Below, one piece after another: positions 1 to 13,541 of a stretch of 63,938 nucleotides of DNA (the first letter of the stretch is position 1; every line of letters starts with the position of its first letter). The translations under genes and the position numbers were made by a program. Source of the DNA: Geosiphon pyriformis uo1 (taxonomy: Eukaryota > Fungi > Glomeromycota). The stretch covers positions 62,001 to 125,938 of the forward strand of contig JAAOMT010000176.1 in assembly GCA_016748015.1 (NCBI GenBank). The letters run 5' to 3'. A model generated the notes under the pieces. It had not been told where the DNA came from, ran no database searches, and saw nothing but the letters and a program-made list of their open reading frames with translations.

Positions 1-155
1 TGTATGTTCTATGAAGTACTCTTGCGTACTCCGACTTTTTAATCGTGAGTTTGTCTATAGTTGCGTGTGCATATTTTCTATTATTCTTTCTGGAAAAATC
101 TTTGCATTTATGTACTCAGTTTCTATACTGCATAAAATCTAAACGCTTAATATAG

Positions 156-947
156 TACAATCGGAAGAATGTGTCGTCAGTTATTGACCGAAACAAAATG
201 GCTAGGCACCTTCTTGCCACGAATTCCTGTGCCGATTGCGCGTGATATTGAACTAAAATTGAAAGAAAAATTGCAACCCCCACCGCCACCTCCTAGGTAA
301 GCATTATATGATATGCGGCATATTATTTTTCTCGTTATGTTATTTTTTGTCTGCCATCAGATTATGCCCTGGTACCTCCTTTTATAAATTATTATCGACT
401 GGATTGTAAAAGTGATGAGCATTCTAGGAATGAGGTAGAAAACCAAAAAAAGCTCAACCTTTTCGTTTTTACAATACCTGTCCCAAGGTTCTTTTATTAT
501 TAGTATTGAATAATTTACATTTTCACAAATTTAAATTAATTCAGGAGGGAATCACCTATATATGACCTGGAACCTAGAATAATCGCTGACAGTGGTACCC
601 CATCTAGACATGGCGATGATGAGGGAGATTATCGTCGTAGTCGTACCCGTAGTAGGAGTCCCGATGGATCTTCTAGATCACGTAGACATCGTGATAATGA
701 TCGCAACCATCGGGAATATAGAAGAGACCGAGATAGCGAGCGCGATTATGGCCGTCGACGAAGCCGAACCCCAGATCGTGATCGTTCTAGAAGACATAGA
801 GGTTCTGGTCATGATAAAAGAGATAGAGAACATGAAAGACGTGAAACTCATGAATACGATCGTAAGCACGAGGATCAAGATAGAAAGTCAAGACGCTCTG
901 ATGATAAGGGAAATGGTTGGCAACAAAGTCGAAGTCCAAGACACTAG
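156..947 (+). CDS. PRPF38B: 3' part of a PRP38B-like pre-mRNA splicing factor (last two exons 156-296 and 545-947; 5' end outside the window)
   Basis: Exon 156-296 reads TIGRMCRQLLTETKWLGTFLPRIPVPIARDIE, like the PRP38B C-terminal core motif (LFPRIPVP). A GT-AG intron at 297-544 joins it in frame to an RS/RD-rich tail (RRSRTRSRSP...SRSPRH*) ending TAG 945-947. Confidence 0.8.
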
Positions 948-1252
948 ATAAGAGAAAGTCAGAAATTAATAATTGATCTTGGGGTATATCTTTGAGGAAT
1001 TGTATTTTTTTTTAGAATAACAGAATTAACAAATTCTTTGTGACGGGCCAAACCTAATATCAGAGGCATTAAAGATTTCAAGGTGATATATCATTCGGTT
1101 TTATTTGAAATTAGGCTTAAAATAAATAATTGCCTTCATAACAAGGAAAAATTCATGTGGAAATATTTTAATTACGGAGGTTTTTGATAGTTTTGCTAAT
1201 TTTACATTTTAATTTAAATAATAAATATGCACCTTCATTATAAGTTATGTCA

Positions 1253-1324
1253 TCTCGGTTAGTATAGTGGTGAGTATCCCCGCCTGTCACGCGGGAGACC
1301 GGGGTTCAATTCCCCGACCGAGAG
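1253..1324 (+). tRNA. tRNA-Asp(GTC), intronless
   Basis: 72-nt cloverleaf: acceptor stem TCTCGGT/ACCGAGA, anticodon arm CCCGC-CTGTCAC-GCGGG, T loop GGTTCAATTCC. Confidence 0.97.
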
Positions 1325-1644
1325 AGATAAATTTATTTTATACATGGACTAATTAAACGACTTTAAACTCATTTTTCGAAAAATTAATTGTAAACGCAGT
1401 CTTTTAATTATGATTGGTTTTGTAAGTCATAAACAAAAATAGGTTTCTCTTATATCAGACTTTTTTTATATAATTTTTGGTTTTTAATTATTGATTTTTA
1501 GGGTTGAAAAAAAATCATCCATTTGAATTACTTAATTAGCACACTGGTTACACTCTTGGCCGCGTCGAGATAATTTTTCCAATTTTCATTAGACGCGATA
1601 TTCTCCGAATTAGGCCGCTTTGGTGTGTGCGTATTTTGACAACC

Positions 1645-4600
1645 ATGTTTGATAATTGGTCCGATGAAGAAGTTTGGGATGAGGAGTCTTTGAAACTGAT
1701 TAAGCGTCGTTCTCAGGGACAATCACCTGGCACTTCAAAAACACCTCTTCCGTCAAAAAGTCGAACGAGGTCACGAAATTCTCCTGGAAAACGCGTTCCC
1801 TCACAAGTCAAAGAAAGTCCTTTGAAAACCTCTAACAAGCATATAGGAGTGCTCTCACTGTCCCAAACAACTTCATATGCCCCGCTCAACACAAATGGCA
1901 CTCCTTCGAAGAGCCTTTCTTATTTTAATAAATCCCCACGTGAAACTCTCTCACTGCGGGCATCCACCACCAAGGTTGCTTCTAAAACCTTATTCAACTA
2001 TTTTCCCCGCCAACCCTCAAGTAGAAATGACGACCTTATATCAAATAAAGGTATATAATGTTTACTCTCTAATTTTGAGAATTGGCAGTATATAACATGT
2101 GCCAGTCAGCGCCAATGATTGTACAAAATTATTACGCGATGAAAAAGTAGACAAGTCGGAATTCATTGAAACAATAGAAATCCAAACAAGAGTTGATAGT
2201 GATGACTTTAATGCGGACCCAACTTGGGATAAAGAATATAGGGATATCATTATGAAAACAGACGATGATGAAAATTTTTCTGGTAAAATTTTTGGTGCAA
2301 AAGATCAAAAAGTTAAAATAAAGCAGTTAGAGGATCCACATGAAATGCCTCTAAATTCTATGGATATGGAGGCATTTATTCTAACATGTCCATTATGTGA
2401 TGTATCAATGAAAGGCCTTTCGAATCAGGCAAGCTTTATAGTGAATGAAATTTGATAATATAATTATTTCCTGTCAAAGATTTTTATTAATTTTTTTTAT
2501 TAATTTTCTAGAAAATGAATTTTCATGTGAACCAATGTCTCGATGGTCACGATGTTGAGGCACCCTTCACATCACCGGCACCATCCTTTAATAAGATTTC
2601 TCAGTCTGCTTCTAGAATTAAATCTAATAATCAATCTTTATCCACTGTGAAACTTATGCCTAAAATTTTACAAAACAATAACCATGAAAACTCATGGAGC
2701 ATGTTTTTTGGTTCATTAAAGAATAAAGTTACCCCCATCGGTATTACGGATGAACTAAAGGGGGAACGAAACCCCTTTGATAGCATGGAAGAAGTAAGAT
2801 ATGAAAGCAATCCTGACAGTATTACCCAAGAAGTAAGAGATGAAAGCAGTCCTGACAGTATTACCCAAGAAGTAAGAGATGCAAACAATCCTGACAGTAT
2901 TACCCAAGAAGTAAGAGATGAAAGCAATCCTGACGGAATTACCAAAGAAGTAAGAGATGAAAAAAATCCTGACAGTATTACCCAAGAAGTAAGAGATGAA
3001 ACCAATCCTGACGGAATTACCAAAGAAGTAAGAGATGAAAACAATCCTGACAGTATTACCCAAGAAGTAAGAGATGAAAGCAATCCTGACGGAATTACCA
3101 AAGAAGTAAGAGATGAAAACAATCCTGACAGTATTACCCAAGAAGTAAGAGATGAAAGCAATCCTGACAGTATTACCCAAGAAGTATCGGTGCAACTCGA
3201 GACCATTTCCAATAATGAACAAGCATTGATACAGCCGTTATCCATAGCCGTTTTGGACGAAATATCTGTTCCAACAGAACCTATCACCACTACGAAAGAA
3301 GTCCCTGATCTCTCAATGAACGATTTGGTTTTTGAGCCTCCCCGGAGAGACGCTTTCGATTTACTAAAGCCGACGGTAGTTACATCAACGATTCAAAGCA
3401 AAAAAAAACAATGTCCATGGTACAAGATAATGCCAGGTAAATATTGGGATATATCATTTAAAATATTTACAATAATTTATATTCTCAAATTTTTATTATA
3501 TTAGAAACAGAAATTACTGTAGATGCCTTTTCCTATGGCAAGATACCAAACTGCTCCGCTTACTTTTTGAGGTAAGTATTAAATGGTGATTTGCCGTATC
3601 GTTGCTTTCCGACATTAGTTCTAGGGAAGACATTATATAAACCAAATATATATTTTTCCAGTCATTTTCATTCCGATCACTACAGTGGACTCACATCTAA
3701 ATGGTCGCATGGACCAATATATTGTTCAGCGGTCACTGGGAATATGGTCATACAAAGGCTAGGGGTCAAACCTCAATATATTCATAAACTTCCCTTAAAC
3801 CAAGAAGTTGATGTTAATGGGAATGGGGTTTCAGTTACGTTGATCGAAGCGAATCAGTAAATATAATTTCCCATTTCGTCCACTTTCAAGTGTCTTGCAC
3901 ATTCTATTTTAGCTAACCTTATTCGTAGTTGTCCTGGCTCTGTTTTATTCCTCTTTAAAATTATGAATGCTCAAGGGCGTATTTTGAGATATCTGCACAC
4001 CGGTGATTTTCGCGCTTCTCCCCGTCAAGTCACCCATGAATCGATAGACCAGTCGAAGAATCCACCGATTGATATGCTTTATCTTGATACAACATATCTA
4101 GACCCAACTCACTGCTTTCCTCCTCAAGATCACGTTGTTCAAGCTGTCGTAGATCTATTAAAAAAAGTAGTCAAAAATGGAGGCCTCCTATCATCGAACC
4201 AAAAGGGCAAGAGGAGTAAAGCACCCTTAAAGGGACAAACTCGTTTGGACAGATGGTTCAATGGCTTATCATATAAGAATGTGTTAAAGCTTGAAAATAA
4301 GTCGATCAATAATACAGAAATGACGCTTTCAATGAATTCATCAGAAGAACATAAATTTGAGCTTTGCGAAAAAGATTCCAGATTGGTTAGAGAAAAACGA
4401 ATTATGGACCTTCATGATATTGTTGAACTGGATAATATATGTCTGAGTGATTCAAAAATCTTGGTAGTAGTTGGCGCATATCTGATTGGAAAAGAAAAGG
4501 TTTTCATGGGTGAGTTTGAAGCTACGTTTCTTGAGTTGCCAATTTTCTAGTGTTAAAATTTTACTAACTTTTTCTCATCATTCAGGTATTGCCAAAGCTC

Positions 4601-5285
4601 TACATTCTAAAATCTATGTTACAAATGATAAGCGCCGTATTCTTCTTTGTCAAGAAAATCCCGAATTAGAAAGCCTGTTGACTGATGATCCCCTGCAAGC
4701 CTCTGTACACGTTATGTCGATGCAATCTATAAAACCAGAGGTGCGTTTATATGACGTTTTCTTTAAAAATGACTATTCTAATCAGCACTTTACTCTCATT
4801 CAGACATTAACTTCCTATCTTCAAGATCTGGCACCCACTTTTAAATCGGTTATTGGCTTTCGCCCAACAGGATGGGCTTACAATATGGCTAGTAATCAAG
4901 TCGTTTCTCCTTCTGCCACAAGTGAAGCTTGCCTCAACCATTATACATCATATACTCATGAATGCTTAAAGCCCAGTCGTAAGTCACCCACATGTCAGAT
5001 TTTTGATGTGCCCTATTCGGAACATTCGAGTTTTAGAGAACTGGCCGCTTTTGTCTTGTCTTTGAATATAAAAAAAATCATACCCACTGTTAATCTACAG
5101 TAAGTTTCCTACTATGGCCTTCATCCATTGAGAAACTCTTGCATTATAAACTAATGTTCTTTGATGATTCACATTATAGAACCGAGAAAAGCAGAGCTGA
5201 GATGAACATTTGGCTAAATAAATGGCAAAACGAAAAGAGAAAAAACGGCAAAATTGTTCGATATCCAAGTTTGGATCACTGGTAG
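1645..5285 (+). CDS. PSO2: SNM1A/PSO2-type DNA interstrand cross-link repair nuclease (UBZ zinc finger + MBL/beta-CASP), about 9 exons
   Basis: Motifs across spliced exons: CPLC...HVNQCLD (UBZ), VDAFSYG, HFHSDHYSGL, EANH-CPGS, LHTGDFR, LYLDTTY, GKEKVF, FRPTGW, VPYSEHSSFREL, IIPTVN. Stop TAG 5283-5285. Confidence 0.92.
2791..3180 (+). repeat. Coding minisatellite, 10 x 39 bp (13-aa unit EVRDESNPDSITQ)
   Basis: Ten direct copies of about gaagtaagagatgaaagcaatcctgacagtattacccaa, in frame within the SNM1 exon. Confidence 0.97.
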
Positions 5286-5844
5286 TCTAGAAAACATCAC
5301 GGTTTTGCATACAGCGCAACACATTATCCATGTAATTATTGTTAAATTTCAGAATTTGTATTCTGAATTCCTGTTACTTTCAGGATTATGAATTTTTGTA
5401 ATTAGCAGTCAATGAATTACTTAACAGTCTCGAACAAAATTTACGTTAGACAATTAAATTTAATGTTTAATACTTTGCATAAAACTTTTAATAAATATAT
5501 TCATTATTAAAATTCGTTTACAAAACGACTTTCAACTTTAGAATATTAAATTAAATTCATGTTATAATGTTTTAACAAAACAGCGACTGTTGAAAAACGG
5601 TTGAAGTGTAATTTTTGTTTGTTTTGGGTAATTTTTTTAAACGTTTAAGCTTTATGTTATAAAAACTTTTGTAATAATAAAATTTGATACAAGAATAAAG
5701 ATTTTTATTTAAAAATTTCATTGATTGATAAATTCAACATAGAACGGATAAAAATATTACGTAATCAGATTGTGTTATGCCCACAATCAAAATCTTGGGT
5801 GGAAATAAACACCATTTTGAACCGTTTTCGTTATGAAAATAGAA

Positions 5845-6616
5845 ATGTCAATACTATTACGTTTCCTTCCCACCTCCTTTCGTATATCATCGAATTCTCT
5901 GTATTACAAATCCAATCAATTTAACAAATTGCGCTATAGGCCCCAAGAGATTTTTTATTCGACGCAAGGTCTCCTCTGACTTTTATTTTTAAGGTTATAT
6001 ATACACCAAATTAGTGCCCAAACATTGATGAAATCTGTACTTTTCAAGCGCAGCCACGAATGATTCACCTGAATCTCAAACTACGCCTTCCATACCATCA
6101 TTGCTTGCACAGCTAAAAAATGATGTCAAAGATGCCATGCGCAGCAAAAATCAAGGGAAATTAAACGTCGTAAAGGTTAGATGCTGCCAAAAAAGTAAAA
6201 ATTGATATTTTTGGGGGTAACTGAATTTGCCTATATTAAACCAGGGCCTTCTTTCCGACATTACATATGCAAGCAAAGCGCCTGATGCTAATAAAAAGCA
6301 ACCGCTTACGGATCTAGACATTTTTCTCATTATCCAACGCGCGATCAGTAGGCGTCAAGATTCTATTAACCAATTCTCTGCTGCAGGTCGCGTGGATCTA
6401 GCATCAGCTGAGAAGATCGAATTGAATATTTTACAATCATACCTACCTGACCAACTTTCTGATCCAGAAATAAGGGAGGAGGTAAAAAAAGTCATCGACG
6501 CTACTGGTGCAGCTAGTTGTAAAGATTTAGGTCGCGTTATGAAGGCAATAAAACTTGATTCCGGCCGAGCGACAAAGAAAAGGATCTCGGAAATTGCCAA
6601 AGAATTGTTGAGTTGA
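5845..6616 (+). CDS. AIM41: YqeY/GatB-domain mitochondrial protein (Aim41-like), 3 exons
   Basis: Basic, Ser-rich presequence-like N-terminus (MSILLRFLPTSFRISS). Then LKNDVKDAMRSKN, RRQDSINQFSAAGRVDLASAEKIELNILQSYLP and DLGRVMK, all YqeY-family motifs. Confidence 0.85.
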
Positions 6617-6898
6617 TTTGCATGGTCGAATTTACCCAGGTATGAATTGTAGATTAAGCGAAAAAAGGAATGCCTGAATCAAAAGTTGTATATTTGGCCA
6701 AGTGTCTATTTAATATTCATTCTGGCAATATTTAAACTGAGCTTTCGAGTTTTTTGACCAGCCTAATTAAAAAAAAGATCTTGAAAAACTAGGCAACATT
6801 ACTCATTTGATCTTCATTAAGTGGAATATTTTCATGCTTAATTATTACACTATTCTAAGGAGATAGATGATTGGAACAATCTTTAACCGACATGACGA

Positions 6899-9658
6899 TC
6901 ATTTACTGCCTATAAAAACCAATTTATTTATTTTATTTGGAAATGATCGCTTTGTGGAAAATATGGCGAATTAAAAAAAACCGATTGAAAAGCTTACCGA
7001 GCTTATTAAGCCATTTCGGCAATTTCCTTGAAGAAGATAATGAGGCGACAGAATTACTGGTGCTTTCACTTTGGGAATGGTCGCTTTTTTTATCAGTCAA
7101 CGTTTCAGGATTTTGTAGTTGTGAAGGTTCTGAAAGAAGGTGCTCGCCGATGAGATTTGTATCAGTAGACGGGAAATCGATGAGGGAGGTAGCGGGGTTC
7201 GGCGGAGATGTTATATCTTCAGCAATAGCCGACAACTCTTCACTCAAGTAAGAATAATCTGTGATTTGGGGATAAACATAAATATTTGGATGATACCTGC
7301 AAAGTAAATTTGGAAATCTTGCATACCTAGAATATCAGACGTCTGATCCCAATTAAAGTAAACTAGAGAAGCAGGGGCTAATTTCGCCTGATATAAGCTT
7401 ATACTATGATCTGCAAGTATTTTTTTTGGCGGGGTAGTATCTATAATTACCAGAAGGGTTATGAATAAAATGGTACGACGAAAATTAGGAAGTTTATTTT
7501 TAAATAATTAATATGAATACAAAGATGGAATGGGCGATCAGGTGTCTTTAGTGATCCTTGGACAAATCGATAGAGTTCAGAAACTATAAATAGAATTGAT
7601 TAAAAATTATATAAATGTAATATCACGAAAAGAACCAATAAAAAAACCTTGCTCTTTGGATAAAAAAGTCCCCTGTAATTGGTACCGATCCGGGAATTTG
7701 ATTCTAATTAAAGTCTGCAGTGGATAAAATGAAAATTTGTTCATGTAAAGGCATTTAGAAACCATAATCCACTATAATTTACTACTAACCTTTGGATATT
7801 TTTTTTCCTTTTCCTTTTCTTCTTGAGCACGCATAGCACTGGTCTTTAACGTTGCATTTTCTCGTCGCACTTCTTTAGCTTTTTGCATCGCCAAAAGATG
7901 CCGTAATTCATTGGCGGTAAGCTCATAAAAAGAGTCTGGTAGATCGACTAAAAAAAAATGAGAAAATTTTACAAGTCGAATAAAATGATCTATGGGCCAC
8001 ACCACTCACTTGATGTAAGAGTCGAATTATCATTAGATTGAGATTTGAAAACCTTTGCGTCTCTATTAAAAGAGATTGGTTCATTTTCAAAAGAAGTTGG
8101 TTCATTTTCAACATGGGGAGAAGAAATTGGTTCATTCTCGACATGGAGCGAACTTTCTTCAACTCGGGAAAGGGGACTTGATGATTCCGGATCTAGCAGT
8201 TCTAACTCTGATTTTTGATTTATGACGATATCAGATGAATCCAATTGTAATGGTGCTGCAAGTGAGGAGCGATCTACTTCCATAGATTCCTCTGTCTCCT
8301 CTCTAATTACATCATCTTTAATATAGTCTAGCTCCATAGATTCTTCGCCATGTTGTGGCTCAATTGAAGAAATTTCACTGATGGGTACGCCTGTGGTTTG
8401 AGATGATTCATCTTGATCTTCCATATTCTTTCCTCCAGCTGTATCTACCTCTTTTATTTCAGGTGTAACATGCGATAAATTCCCAGAAATTGACGTGGCT
8501 GTTAGGTTCGCTGAAGGTAAAGTTGTCGGCCCTATTATTTCCTTACGTTCAGGGTCTATAGGATTCAAAAGATCTGCTATAGCCTCAGTTTGCTCTAAAG
8601 TATTTACATTCCGAGCTAAAGCTTCATCCAAAATGAACTCTGTATGACGGAAAAGAACGCGTAACACAGCATTTCCAGAGGTAATTCCCGCAGCCTGCAG
8701 AGTCGTTGATTTAAGGATTTCTGTCGTCGCATACTGGGATTAGAAAGCTATTCACTTTAGAACAGAGCGAAAAGACAAAAAATTATGACAACAAAAGAAT
8801 TTACCTCCTGATTGACCAAAAGACAGACTGGTTGTTGATAATAAAGTCTATTATCCTTCTTTCCAATCTTCTTCATGATTCCTTTCTTTTTTATCGGAGC
8901 TGGAGCCCCCCGTTTAGTTAAATTTAAAGATCTTGCCACGAAAATATGAGTATTGAGCTTTATATAAGATCAAACGACTATATCTAACAGAAATAAATCA
9001 AAGACATACCCATTTTGGATTTCTTCGAAATATAATAATATTTCCCACAAAGTTTTTGTCACTGGGAACTTTTCAATCAACCTAGCTCCATCTTCCACTT
9101 GAAGTGCGATAGTAACTTCACTTTGAGCTCATAAGAGATCACGAGGTAAGAATCCACGTATGTATGAGAAAAGAATCTGAGATAAAATAACCTACAGATA
9201 GCTTATAATGCAGGAAATCAAGCCAGTTCAAACTAACCTTTTGGTGCGGTCACACGAATCAATTCAAGTTTTGCGCCCGGAGCAAGATTAGCAAATCGAA
9301 CTGAAAGCGCTAGATCGAGTGTAGCTTTGTTAAGTCTAAAGGAGGTAGTTAGCATAAAACTTTTTAGTAAAAATTGCGGCTTAAATAATTCCAAATATCC
9401 CAAAGGTCACCTTCCGAAAAGGGCTTAGTGAATTAAACTATAAGTGAAAACCAAAGTTGAAAAGCAAAGGTTTAAGGACAAAGAAGTATCTAGGCGAGAG
9501 TTCAAAAGTAAAACTTACTTTAATCCATACTTCTCCTCGTCCGGATATCCCTGCTTTTCGCATACGGTTTTCACAATTTGCTTCAATGGCATCATTGGAG
9601 TTGTTTTTACAATTTGCCTTTTGCCACTATTAAGCAGTACAACCACATTGGACGTCAT
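6899..9658 (-). CDS. TUG/ASPSCR1/Ubx4-like UBX-domain Cdc48 cofactor, multi-exon
   Basis: N-terminal UBL (MTSNVVVLLNSGKRQIVKTTPMMPLKQIV...LDLALSVRFANLAPGAKLEL), LPDSFYELTANE, LKTSAMR, a UBX exon (IRIKFPDRYQLQGTF...LAPASLVYFNW) and C-terminal KLPKWLNKLG-SK*. Confidence 0.85.
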
Positions 9659-10790
9659 TTTAGGTGAAAATGGAAAGGTCGTGAACGGAGTTCTAGGGTT
9701 TAAAATTTTTACGCTTGGTGCGTTTTAGACAATATTAGTGGTAGTCATATGACCATGATCATATATAAATGTTATTTCTTTATTCTTATATTCATGATAA
9801 TAGGCATCTTTAATTGATTTGTATAAATACTAATTTCAATTAAATATTGTTTATTAAGAAAAAGCCAATAATTAATTGTATGTAATTTAATTGAATTATA
9901 TCTTAAAAATTATAACCAATTGTAATGTTATTTTTACTGCAAATTTAAATATTTTTGTAGTATTTTAAAAAAATTCTAAAATTATAATTTTTTTCTTTTC
10001 TAAAAAAATTTTCTATGACAAAAGTAATTTATTTCTAAGCTTACCAATTTTTTATCAGTAAAAAATTATTAGTTAGTTTATTTATCAAAATTTAAAAGAT
10101 AGTAACATAAATAATTATAATTTATTAATTGAACAATATCTTTTACGTAATTATATTTATGAGAATTTGGACCATAATTCCGGGTTTTTTAATATAGATT
10201 AATCATATAAGTTTTCAAAATAATGTACGATTTAGTCACTTTTATCTTTTTTTAGACAATATTAATAATTACAACATTGTTTTAAAATGATGATGACAAT
10301 TTAATGATAATACATAACTTTTTTGAATCAGAAATGTTATATTTTTTTTCGAAGCCTTTACAATTACCATAAATACTAATATTAGAATCGGCGATTATTT
10401 TAAATAATCATTCGTAATGCTTTCATCATGGACATTGCCGCATTGACAAATCATCATTAAATGGTAGAATTCGAAAGGTCTAAAAATAATTAGTGGATCG
10501 TCTTTTTGGTCGCGTGATTATCGTTAACTCGCGACTTTGCGGACTCGCGTGGTGATTTCTATAAATTGTCCAAGAGAACACTACTCTATCAACCCTATCA
10601 TTTTTGGAATCACATTACTAAAAATTTTAAAAATATTAGTATTAGTACCGGTAATAATATCTAATAATTAACTTAAATTTTGTCTGAGAAATAAGGCCAT
10701 AACGCCCTTGCTCGTAGGGTGCTAAGCGCTCACAAAAGCAAGTCTCGCCTTCTTGGGAGTTTGCTTCGCTTCTTTGGTCTCTTTGTAATT

Positions 10791-12795
10791 ATGGATAACA
10801 CATCACAAAAGAAAGCTGGTAATTTTTGTAATAAATAGGTCTTTAACGATAAGGGGCCGCAGGCATTGAGCTTAATTTCTCTCAAAAACTAAGTTAGGAA
10901 TGAACTAACGAAGGTTAAACTACCTTTTCAGGGGATAACCCTCTAGATCAAGTTGGTCAGGTAGATAAAAAGGCTGTGGACAGGAAGTTGGTCTCCCAAC
11001 CCACGAATGCTGTGCAACCAAAGCCGGAAATTAAAACCCCAGCAGGCCATTATTCGAGTAATCTAATACAAACTACTTTGCAAAAAATGTTTCATTTGGA
11101 AGGTGCTTCAGAAAAGCCGAAATCATCTAATGGATCTAAGACTTCGTCTGCCATCTCTGAATTTGATGAAGATATACCTCAATTATTGAATGGTACGAAG
11201 TCGCAAGAAGCTTCCCAATTAAATACATCAAATAGTGAATTACGTCATACAAACCCAATGGCTCCAAAGCCACGCTTTCAAACAATCAAGGATGGAACGC
11301 ATGTTCATAACCTTCAGCCTAAGAAGGTTCCTCGAATGCAAAATCTTCTCAAAGAACTTGGACTTCATGTCTATAGTCCTATAGAAGAGAAAACACATGG
11401 GAATCCCTTTCAACATCACCATCACCATCACCATCACAGACCACCTTACCGACAGTGCCACTCAGAATCTTCATTAACGGAAAAATATGGAAAATGCCAC
11501 GAGATCATTGGAAAGGGTGTGTGTCATTTTAGTTTAAATTAAAGAGGCTTTCAATTTATTTTTCTTTAAACCCTTACGAACATAAATTTTATTTCTTAAA
11601 AGGAGCTTTTGGGATTGTTCGTATCGCCCACAAAACTGAGCCAAAAGTCCCCGGTGAAAAGCTTTTTGCCGTAAAGGTTCTATATTGCTTTTGATTGGAC
11701 ATTTCTCCATTGAGAAAGTTCATTACTCTAACTTTTGGTTTTCTACATTGGTTATCGCCTTGACTTTCTCTGGTAATCTTTAGGAATTTAAAAGACGGCA
11801 TAACGAACCTCCGAAAAAATATATCAAACGCCTAACTTCCGAATTCTGCATTTCTTCTTCTCTCCAGCATATTAACGTCATTAATACTTTGGATCTTCTT
11901 CAAGATACCCAAGGAAATTATTGCGAGGTTATGGAGTATTGTGCTGGTGGTGATCTTTATTCTTTGATTGTTTCTAGTGGCGGTCTAAGGGATGAAGAGG
12001 CTGATTGCTTTTTTGGGCAGTTGATCAATGGTGTCAAATACCTTCATGACAATGGTGTTGCTCATCGGTATTAAACAGGAAAACATCATGGTGATTTTAT
12101 TCATAATTATCCAAATTCTTAACTTGATTGGCATAATTATTTTAGTGATTTGAAACCTGAAAATCTTTTGCTTACTTCGACTGGATGCCTCAAGATCACC
12201 GATTTTGGTAATGGAGAATGTTTCCGTATGGCATGGGAAACCCAACCTCATCTCTCTCGAGGCATTTGTGGTAGCGAGCCCTACATTGCTCCTGAAGAAT
12301 TTACCGAAGATTGGTTTGATCCTAGACTTGTCGATGTATGGGCTTGTGGAATAATTTACATGGGTATGATGACAGGTAGACAATTGTGGCGAGTCGCCAA
12401 AGCACAAGAAGACGGTAATTTCAAAATCTTTCTCCAAGCGAGAGCACATGGAGAATTATTAGGTCCATTTCAAGCATTGTGCGATGTAAGCTATTGATTT
12501 CAAACTTTGCTTTGTGCTTTATTATCACTGAAAATTTTAAATTTTTAAGGAAATTATGTTTTAGGGGCGACGTAATATTGTTGGCAGGATAATCGAACCT
12601 AATCCCAAGCGCCGCATTAATGTGGAACAAATAATTAAAGATCCATGGTTTAATCGAATCAATATTTGTTGCCAACTTCCCCTCACGAGCGTTGATGTCG
12701 GTACGACTCCTGTCAATTCCACGTGTGGTGGCGATGCTTCTGGCAAGCAAGGTACAAATATGAATAATTCCACTTTACCAAACATGGTACAATAG
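10791..12795 (+). CDS. HAL/NPR-family Ser/Thr protein kinase (Sat4/Hal4-like), multi-exon, with a poly-His tract
   Basis: EKYGKCHEIIGKGAFGIVR, FAVK, RLTSEFCISSSLQH, EVMEYCAGGDL, HRDLKPEN (split by an intron), ITDFG, CGSEPYIAPEE, DVWACG. Confidence 0.9.
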
Positions 12796-13541
12796 ATTGT
12801 TGAGGGTTAGTTGCATTCAAGAAGCTGCTAATTTAGGCCGAGATATTTCTCCCAAATTATTCAAATTAGAGTGGGATTATATGATAATGTTGGTTTTCCA
12901 TCAGGCGTTTACACGCTGCGAAATCCTTGTTTTTTTTGATCCCACTTCGATTTAGTAAAATCATTGAAGTGTAAAATAAGTTTGACACTTTAAAAATAAA
13001 ATTTATTGAAATAGATTTTTTAATTTTGGCTGAATATTCCCAAGATCTTACAATGATAAATTGGTGTAATTTTTTACGGATATTCGGGTAAACCTCATAA
13101 GGACTTGTGACCTTTCATCGGGATTTCGGGATTTTTTAAATTCTTTCAGTGCACAATGGAAGGTAATTTGTAATCGAGAGCATTATTTTCGGATTTTGAT
13201 TTTTTGTCAAATTCAAAATAACCATTATTGAGAAGGATAAGGGCGGGATGCAGATTCCGTAGCACTTTTAGCTCGCCATCATCTAGATTTCCTCGAGGGT
13301 CTTTTAATCCACTTTTTGGTTGGTTTGTCAGCGATTCGAATTTTTGTGTAATCTTGACACAGTGGTTACACGACAATAATAAAGATCAACCAAACTGCGA
13401 AAATGATAATAACTTATAGCATGCAATGACTTTTCTACATGAGCTATTTTTTGTTCTTTGTAGTATTTTCGTCTTTTGCACACGCGTCAAAAGTTTCTAT
13501 CCTAACTATTTATACAAACTCCTTTTTATCACTTGTGATCA

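Noticed and set aside
592-951. 119-aa ORF in the track
   Set aside because: Alternative frame of the RS-rich PRP38B exon; the spliced frame ends at 947.
2631-3290. Hydrophobic repetitive antisense ORFs (219 and 155 aa); also CRISPR-like periodicity
   Set aside because: Shadows of the 39-bp coding repeat; there are no unique spacers and no cas genes.
13080-13260. Repeated TCGGGAT motifs upstream of the Zn2Cys6 gene as autoregulatory sites
   Set aside because: Short, irregularly spaced, and not distinguishable from chance by eye.
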